Assembly (NCBI RefSeq): GCF_006345805.1
Contig: NW_021834917.1
Coordinates: forward strand, 1-44,192
Source of the DNA: Octopus sinensis
Taxonomy: Eukaryota
DNA: 44,192 bases
Direction: 5' to 3'
The position numbers and the translations under genes are program-made. Under the pieces are notes generated by a model, which saw only the letters and a list, made by a program, of their open reading frames with translations, was not told the origin of the DNA and made no database searches. Shown here in pieces: positions 36,283 to 44,192 of the stretch (positions are counted from its first letter, which is position 1; each line of letters starts with the position of its first letter).

Positions 36283-36681
36283 CTCTTTTACTCTTTTACT
36301 CTTTTACTCTTTTACTTGTTTCAGTCATTTTGACTGCGGCCATGCTGGAGCACCGCCTTTAGTCGAGCAAATCGACCCCAGGACTTATTCTTTGTAAGCC
36401 AAGTACTTATTTTATCGGTCTCTTTTTGCCGAACCGCTAAGTAACGGGGACGTAAACACACCAGCATCGGTTGTCAAGCAATGCTAGGGGGGACAAACAC
36501 AGACACATACACCTATATACGACAGGCTTCTTTCAGTTTCCGTCTACCAAATCCACTCACAAGGCATTGGTGGCCCGGGGCTATAGCAGAAGACACTCGC
36601 CCAAGATGCCACACAGTGGGACTGAACCCGGAACCATGTGGTTGGTAGCCAAGCTACTTACCACACAGCCACTCCTGCGCC
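36283..36681 (-). mobile_element. SINE family A
   Basis: Full copy. Confidence 0.9.
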
Positions 36682-36863
36682 TATATATACATATATTAAA
36701 TATTCTATCTGTTTTATACCCAAACTGGCCATATCCAGCCTCTCATGCCTACCCTACAATGTTATTCTAATAATAATTTCATCATTGAAATCTCAAAGCT
36801 ATGAGATAATCCATGATTAATTCAAAACAATGTGAATTAGTAAGGATTACATTTGGCAGAGAA

Positions 36864-37097
36864 AAGGCAGCGAGCTGGCAGAATCGTTCGCACGCCGGGT
36901 GAAATGCTTAGTGGCATTTTGTCAACCTTGATGTTCTGAGTTCAAATTCCGCCGAGGTCGACTTTGCCTTTCATCCTTTCAGGGTCGATTAAATAAGTAC
37001 CAGTTATGCACTGGGGTCGATATAATCGACTTAATCTCTTTGTCTGTCCTTGTTTGTCTCTCTGTGTTTAGCCCCTTGTGGGTAATAAAGAAATAGG
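36864..37097 (+). mobile_element. SINE family B
   Basis: AAGGCAGCGAGCTGG head to AAAGAAATAGG end. Confidence 0.88.
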
Positions 37098-37340
37098 TTA
37101 TTTGGGGGGTTTAATGCAAATATGTCTACATGGATGCAAGGAACTTTGTTTTTTCCATAGGCTTTCCAATATCTCCATGTTAACATACATCCACATGTGC
37201 AATCAAGTGATTGCATGCATGTAGGAACAAATGTTAATACAAGAACTATAATGTCGTCAGATCACATGCTGTGAAACATGCATGTGTATATAAATAGAAT
37301 ACATGTTTACATGCATATTTATGTGTATATATTCTTATAT

Positions 37341-37753
37341 ACTCTTTTACTCTTTTACTTATTTCAGTCATTTGACTGCGGCCATGCTGGAGCACCGCCT
37401 TCAATCGAGCAACTCGACCCCGGGACTTATTCTTTTGTAAGCCTAGTACTTATTCTATCGGTCTCTTTTGCCGAACCGCTAAGTAACAGGGATATAAACA
37501 CACCAGCATTGGTTGTCAAGCAATGCTAGGGGGACAAACACAGACACACAAACACATACACACATACATATATATATATATACATATATATGACGGGCTT
37601 CTTTCGGTTTCCGTCTACCACATCCACTCACAAGGCTTAGATCGGCCCGAGGCTATAGTAGAAGACACTTGCCCAAGGTGCAACGCAGTGGGACTGAACC
37701 CGGGACCATGTGGTTGGTTAGCAAGCTACTTACTACACAGCCACTCCTGCGCC
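37341..37753 (-). mobile_element. SINE family A
   Basis: Full copy. Confidence 0.9.
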
Positions 37754-37759
37754 TATGAT

Positions 37760-38604
37760 CATATATACACACGTGTATGCATATGTGCTCACGTGTACAC
37801 ACACATGTGTGTATATGCTCATACGTACATACATGTGCGTGCATATGTGCTCACATTTGTACACACACGTGTGTATATATATGTATCCTCACATGCACAT
37901 ACATGTGTAATATATATATATACATGTACTCACATGTATACATACATGTGTATGTGAGTGTATATATGTGCTCCACTGCACACTTGATGGCTGTCAATTT
38001 CATGCGTGCACTTTCAGTGCCCTCATGCATATCACCATGTATTTAGGTGCATATATGCAACTCTGCATGCATGGATGCACAGCAGTTGATCTCAGATCTT
38101 CATTATCTGCAGTGCTATACATTGCATGTATGTATATATGTATGTATACTGGTGTGTATGCACATTTGTGTGTATGTGTGTTCGTATCTGTGTATGTATG
38201 TGTGTTTACGTGTTGCATGTATGTATGTGCGTGTGCATGAGAATATGTATATATGTTTGTGTGTGTATATGTATGTTTGTGTTTGTTTATCGATGTGTAC
38301 GTATGCATGTTTGTATGTGTAGGTCTGTGTATGTCTGTATGTGCATATATATGAATGTATGTATATATGTTTGTATATGTATGTTTGCGTGTGTGAGTAT
38401 GCGTACATATGTATATGTATGTATATGTGTATGTATGTATGCATATGTGTATGTATATGTGTATGTATGTGTGTACGTGTGTATGTGTGTACGTGTGTAT
38501 GTAAGTATGTACATATATATGTATATATATTTGAGTGAGTGTATGCATGTATGTGTGTATGTATGCTTATTTGTATGCGTGTATATATATATATATATAT
38601 ATAT
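37760..38604. repeat. (TG/TATG)n degenerate microsatellite
   Basis: Direct inspection. Confidence 0.85.
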
Positions 38605-39425
38605 AATTCATAAATGAGGGCAAAGACGAAGAGAGGGCTCTTAGCAGCTAACTCTGAAATCGGTCCGATATGGTAATAATGGAATTTTTTAGAAATTTCT
38701 GTCGACCTTTTTCCGAGTAGCGTGCAGATTGTGAAAAAATTATATGGTTAATGGACAATATGTCCAATTTTTCGCATATTTGGCATTAGAATTTTTTCCT
38801 TTGCCTCATTATGAATTGTTTATAAATTTAACCGTTAAAGGTATTTTTTAATATGCTGGCCATTGATAAAATTGTTTTCGAGAAAATATTTTTTTTTCGA
38901 AAAGAATTCTATCCTCACATTTGATATAAATTTAAGCGTTCACTTCCGGACTCTTTCACTCTATGAGAACCTCAGTTCAAATCGCACGTGCCTCGAATGG
39001 GCTGGAGTAATTCTATTTAGGATGTATTTGGGATACTTAGTTGGACCGTGACTTGGTATTTGCTTCTTCCATGGGTATGAGTAAGTATCTCATTTATTTA
39101 TTTTGCCATATGTATCACTGACGAAGGGAGGGCCCTTAGTAGCTAACTCTGAAATCGGTCCGATATGGTAATAATGGAATGTTTTAGAAATTTCTGTCGA
39201 CCTTTTTTCGAGTAGCGTGCGTATTGTGAAAAAATTATATGTTTAATGGACAATATGTCCAATTTTTCGGCATATTTGGCATTAGAATGTTTTTCCTTTG
39301 CCCTCATTTATGAATTGTTTATAAATTTAACCGTTAAAGGTATTTTTTAATATGCTGGCCATTGATAAAATTGTTTTCGAGAAAATATTTTTTTTTCAAA
39401 AAGAATTTTATCCTCACATTTGATA
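38605..39425 (+). mobile_element. Non-coding Penelope-like (pLTR-type) element: ~300-bp direct repeats plus a 5' inverted stub
   Basis: Direct repeats about 38625-38925 and 39120-39425 (period about 495 bp); 38605-38625 is the exact reverse complement of 39296-39316; hammerhead core in the repeat. Confidence 0.65.
39106..39177 (+). ncRNA. Type I hammerhead ribozyme
   Basis: CTGACGA 39118-39124; stem II AGGG/CTCT; GAAA 39151-39154; stem III TCG/CGA; AUA cleavage triplet (cut after 39165); stem I TATCA/TGGTA extended by CCAT/ATGG. Confidence 0.65.
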
Positions 39426-39591
39426 TATATATATATATATATATGTTTGTGTTCATGTATGTATATGTGTATGTATGCATGCTTGTATGTGTGTACGTGT
39501 GTATGGATGTATGTATGTACATATATATGTATATATATTTGAGTGTGTGTATGCATGTATGTGTGTATGTATGTATGCTTATTTGTATGCG

Positions 39592-39623
<32 letters not shown>

Positions 39624-39829
39624 TGTGTTCATGTATGTATATGTGTATGAACACATGCATGCTTGTATGTATGTGTGTGTATATATGAATGTATGTCTGT
39701 ATGTACATTTGTTTTTGTATGTTTGTGTGTGTGCATATTAATATATGTATGAAGGTTTGTGTGCATATATGTATATATGCTTGTCTGTGTGTATGTTTGC
39801 ATGTATATGTGTGTATGTACTTATATATA

Positions 39830-40929
39830 CAAGGTGTGGTGAATATATTGTCATCTAAGGCGGCGAGCTGACAGACATGTTAGCGCTCCGGGCTAAATGC
39901 TTAGCGGTATTTCGTCTGTTGGTAAGTTCTGAGTTCAAATTCTGCCAAGGTCAACTTCGCCTTTCATCCTTTCGGGGTCAATAAATAAAGTACCAGTTTC
40001 GCACTGGGGTCGATGTAATCGACTTAATCTCTTTGTCTGTCCTTGTTTGTCCCCTCTGTGTTTAGCCCCTTGTGAGGAATAAAGAAATATATATTGTCAT
40101 CTAAATAACGCAAAAGTGAAAATAACATGGATGTCTCATTTTAACAGATATATTTATCAAAATTACAGTAAATATGTTGAAATGCTAAAGAATAAATTTA
40201 TTCAATAAAATCGCCATTGGCTTCAATCATGTCTTCCAGACAACTTTGGAATCTCCTGCAACTCTTCTGGACGGTCTTCTTGTTTAAGTGGGTGAATGTT
40301 GCCATAATCCTTGCCTTCAGTTCATCTTTGGTGATACAAAGAGTTTTGATCTCTTGCTCAACTGCGTCCCACACTTAATAATCAAGGGGTTGCAGTCTGG
40401 AGAGTTAAGTTGCCAGATGTTAGGGGTGATGTGGTCACAGAAATTGTCCAACAGCCATGACTGGGTTCTCCTGCTTGTGTGACATGGTGCAGAGTCCTAT
40501 TGCCAGACATGGGGTCTTCCAGTAACCACCCTCTTGACTCAGGGCAGCACTACCTCCTCCAGGCACTTGATGTAGGCCTCCGTGTTGAGTCTGAGGCCAT
40601 GTGGGTTGATGAATGGAGGCATAACATTGCCATCACTAGTGATCCACTCCAAACACCATGATGTTGACTGGATGTTGTCTTCAGATTGCACTGTCCTCAG
40701 ATTCATACCCAAACACTCTGAAATCCTTGTATTGGAGCTTCCAGTGCAAATGCCAAGCAGTACAGCATGTCATTTCCAAATTCCTGGCAGAGTGAATTGT
40801 GTCATGGTGCTGTTTTTCTCACAGACAGTGCCCAACTGACCCTACTATACTGTGTTGTTGACAAAATCAAAAACAACAATGCTCAAAATTAAAATTATAA
40901 AATGGAGACAGTTTACCCATCACACCCTG
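39830..40929 (-). mobile_element. Internally deleted Tc1/mariner element of DD37D (maT) type, TA-flanked
   Basis: Imperfect TIRs CAAGGTGTGGTGAATATATTGTC / GACAGTTTACCCATCACACCCTG with TA flanks; minus-strand KHPVNIMVFGV...WQ*DSAPCHTS...SPDCNPLD, 37 aa between the last two D after one frameshift correction. Confidence 0.85.
39857..40088 (+). mobile_element. SINE family B inserted next to the mariner TIR, 16-bp TSD
   Basis: ATATATTGTCATCTAA at 39843-39858 and 40089-40104. Confidence 0.92.
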
Positions 40930-41088
40930 TATATGCGTGTGTGTGTGTGGGTGTTGAAGTATGTATGTGTGTATGTACAGTTGTCTACCAAAGTTGACTT
41001 TGTATATGTGTATGTATGTATGCATGTTTGTATGTGTGTATGTGTGTGTATGTATGTGCATGTATATATATATATATATATATATATA

Positions 41089-41498
41089 GGCGCAGGAGTG
41101 GCTGTGTGGTACGTAGCTTGCTTCCCAACCACATGGTTCCGGGTTCAGTCCCACTGCGTGGCACCTTGGGCAAGTGTCTTCTGCTATAGCCCTGGGCCGA
41201 CCAATGCCTTGTGAGTGGATTTGGTAGACGGAAACTGAAAGAAGCCTGTCGTATATATGTATATATATGTATATGTATGTGTGTGTGTGTTTGTGTGCCT
41301 GTGTTTGTCCCCCTAGCATTGCTTGACAACCGATGCTGGTGTGTTTACGTCCCCGTCACTTAACGGTTTTGCAAAAGAGACCGATAGAATAAGTACTAGG
41401 CTTACAAAAGAATAAGTCCTGGGGTCGATTTGCTCGACTAAAAAGGTGGTGCTCCAGCATGGCCGCAGTCAAATGACTGAAACAAGTAAAAGAGTAAA
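41089..41498 (+). mobile_element. SINE family A
   Basis: Full copy. Confidence 0.9.
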
Positions 41499-41899
41499 GT
41501 GTGTATATCATAGCTTGTGGGTGCCTTTTGTGTATATGTGTGCATGTCAGTTACTATGTGTGAATATATGCCTGTGTATATTTGTGTATGTGTATGTCTG
41601 TGTGTATGTATGTGTGCATGTATATATGTGAATAAAACAGCTAGCTTTAAATCTCTGAATAGTTACAATATATATATAAATATAAATACATGCATACATA
41701 TATACAGTATATATATACTAACATATATCCAAGGTATAGTATATATATATTATATATATATATATATTATATATATATATATATATAATATATATACATA
41801 TGTACAGTATATATATATGTATGTATATGTAATAAATGATGTGCATACACACGTATTATATATATTTTTTTGTACATGTATATATATGTGTGTGTATAT

Positions 41900-42058
41900 T
41901 TATGTATTTACGTATTTATTTATCTATCTATCTATCTATCTATCTGTCTGTCTGTCTCTGCCTGACTGTCTATCTATCTCTCTATCTACCTACCTATCTA
42001 TCTACCTATCTATCTCTCTATCTATCTATCTATCTATCCATCTCTATCTATCTATCTG

Positions 42059-42094
<36 letters not shown>

Positions 42095-42095
42095 C

Positions 42096-42135
<40 letters not shown>

Positions 42136-42350
42136 ATTTCTCTCTCTCTCTGTCTATCTATCTGTCCGTCTGTCATCTATCTATCTTTATCTATCTATCT
42201 ATCTGTCTATCTATCTATGCTTGTGTGTATACGTATGTATGAGCATATGTGTGCATGTGTGTGTGTGGGTGCACGTGTGTATGAATAAACATGCACGTGT
42301 GTGTGTGTGCGTGTGTGTGTGTTTGCGTGCAAGTGCGCATGTGTGAAAGG
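41900..42350. repeat. (CTAT)n and (TG)n microsatellites
   Basis: Direct inspection. Confidence 0.9.
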
Positions 42351-42736
42351 CGGTCGATGCACGCTGTGGCGTAGGCAGTCGGGGGAGTCGCCTGGCCCCC
42401 GTTCCAGAAGGAGATTGATATCCTCACTAGTAGCGATCAGATAACCGACAGCAGTCAGTCGTCAAAACTCTTCTAAGGCATCACAACGCCAACATTACAA
42501 TTACCGACATGGAGATTTCCACACGGTGAGTCATCAGCTGATGCTTCCGACGGAACGGTATTTGAAGAGTGATACAAGCAAATCATTATGCTTTCCGGCG
42601 CTCCGCCGACTCCATGAAATCAAAATAATGACTATGAATCGATGACAAACTAATTCCATGAATACATTAACATTGTTTTTGTGAGGTTGTTTTTTAAAAT
42701 TTGTTTGGCTTTCCCAAACATTTTGTTGGGTTTATT

Positions 42737-42900
42737 TTCCGGCGTGGCTGAGTGGTAGGAAGTTTGTTTCCCAACTGGCATGGTTCTGGGTTCAATCCCA
42801 CTGCAAGTGATCAATCATACTTATAGCCTTGGGACAGCTAAGGCTTTGTGAGTGGATTTGGTAGATGGAAACTGAAAGAAGCCCATTGTGTGTGTGTGTG
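42737..42900 (+). mobile_element. SINE family A, head only
   Basis: Diverged head up to GAAAGAAGCCC followed by (TG)n. Confidence 0.7.
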
Positions 42901-43312
42901 GACTATATCATTCCTTTGTACTTGACTCATACATAATTTATCGCATCAGCCCCAGAATAACGAAAGGGAAAGATGACCAGAGTGGGATTTGAACTCAGAC
43001 CATAAATGGATGGAATGTAACACCACCAGGTATTGTATCCGACACTCCACTAATTTTGTCAAAAAGATCATTCCTTTCCCTTGTTTGATCATTAATAAAT
43101 AATAATTAATTTAAAAGATATACAATAAATCTTGTATGCAAAAAACAAAATTGTTAATTAATAGAAATTGTTAATTAATAGAAATTTTCTCATTAGTTGG
43201 GGAAAGAAAATAAAACATCCACCTGGTGTCAATTGTTGACAACTCTCAAAAAAAGGGGAGATAATTTCTAAAATCTAAGAATTAATTACTCAAGGTTAAT
43301 TTGCATACTTTG

Positions 43313-43660
43313 AAAGGCAACAAGCTGGCAGAATCATTAGCATGCTGGTCACAATGCTTAGCGGCATTTTGCTTGTTTTTATGTTCTGTGTTCAAATCCT
43401 GTTGAGGTTGACTTTGCCTTTCATCCCTTTTGGGGTCAATGAATTAAGTACCTATTTCTTTACTGCCCACAAGGGGCTAAACATAGAGAGGACAAACAAG
43501 GACAGACAAACGGATTAAGTCAATTATATCGACCTCAGTGCGTAACTGGTACTTAATTTATCGACCCCGAAAGGATGAAAGGCAAAGTCGACCTCGGCAG
43601 AATTTGAACTCAGAACGTAACGGTGCCATCTAAACACTGGAATCAATGTAATCAACTCAC
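43313..43660. mobile_element. Old plus-strand SINE B with a younger minus-strand B body (43452-43622) inserted into it
   Basis: Host breaks at AAGTAC| and resumes with ..ACACTGGAATCAATGTAATC. Confidence 0.75.
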
Positions 43661-44192
43661 TGCACCCCTAGAATTGCTGGCCTGGTGCCAAAATTTGAAA
43701 CTAATTTACATCAAAATGGGTTGAGAAGACAAGGGAGTTTGCTGTCCATTTCAGCAGGGTTTCTACGGCTGGATGTCCTTCCTAATGCTAACCACTTTAC
43801 AGAGTGTACAAAGGGTGCTTTTTGCATGACACCAGCTTTAGTACTTCTTTACATGAGGGATCACCAGAGGGGTCACCAAGTAAGTTGTACAGTAAAGACC
43901 CTCTTGGCTGGGCAAGGTGCTAGAGAGAAAGATAGATAGAGAAACAGAATGAGAGAGAGAGAGAGAAAGAAATAGATGATGGTGGAGATGTATTGAGACA
44001 TATCCTTAGGGCACAATCTAATGCTATTTGAACCATAACTATGGAATTACTCCATAGTCCCTAAAACTTCTGAATGCCTGAGCCAGAACCTGACCCTTGG
44101 ACGCAGTTTGATTTCTTCTTGTTCAGAGCCATACAGTCCAGTCGAACCAACTTTCAGAAGGTTCAAAGGTCTGTCCCATGCCATGTTCAGCA

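Noticed and set aside
15-42427. Numerous poly-H/T/Y/I/C/V/S ORFs in the ORF track
   Set aside because: Translations of di-, tri- and tetranucleotide microsatellites or SINE interiors
42490-42545. Minus-strand CTGATGA...GAAA resembling a hammerhead
   Set aside because: Stems I, II and III do not pair; chance match. The CTGATGA at about 7155 also lacks a usable GAAA and stems

Overview
Very repeat-rich eukaryotic DNA. The SINE families, microsatellite density and RTE LINE look like an octopus (coleoid cephalopod) genome; this is inference from repeat content. No host protein-coding gene can be confidently called, and almost all listed ORFs are microsatellite or repeat artefacts. Content: many copies of three tRNA-derived SINE families (called A, B, C here), a 5'-truncated RTE LINE with endonuclease, RT and PHD-like remnants (29.7-33.5 kb), several RTE and RTE-X-like 3' ends, a deleted DD37D (maT-type) Tc1/mariner element, a hAT fragment, TTAA-flanked MITEs, foldback elements and many microsatellites. 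Most notable: (1) a complete type-I hammerhead ribozyme core (39106-39177) in a Penelope-like direct/inverted repeat element; (2) a near-identical 347-bp tandem array of about 13 copies (13.9-18.3 kb) that runs without a break into an RTE 3' tail, possibly a retrotransposon-borne satellite; (3) structured RNA modules in the RTE 3' UTR; (4) a strong non-coding spliced exon on the minus strand and a candidate promoter with a first exon near 33.8-34.2 kb. Coordinates were counted by eye; repeat ends are approximate (about +/-10 bp).
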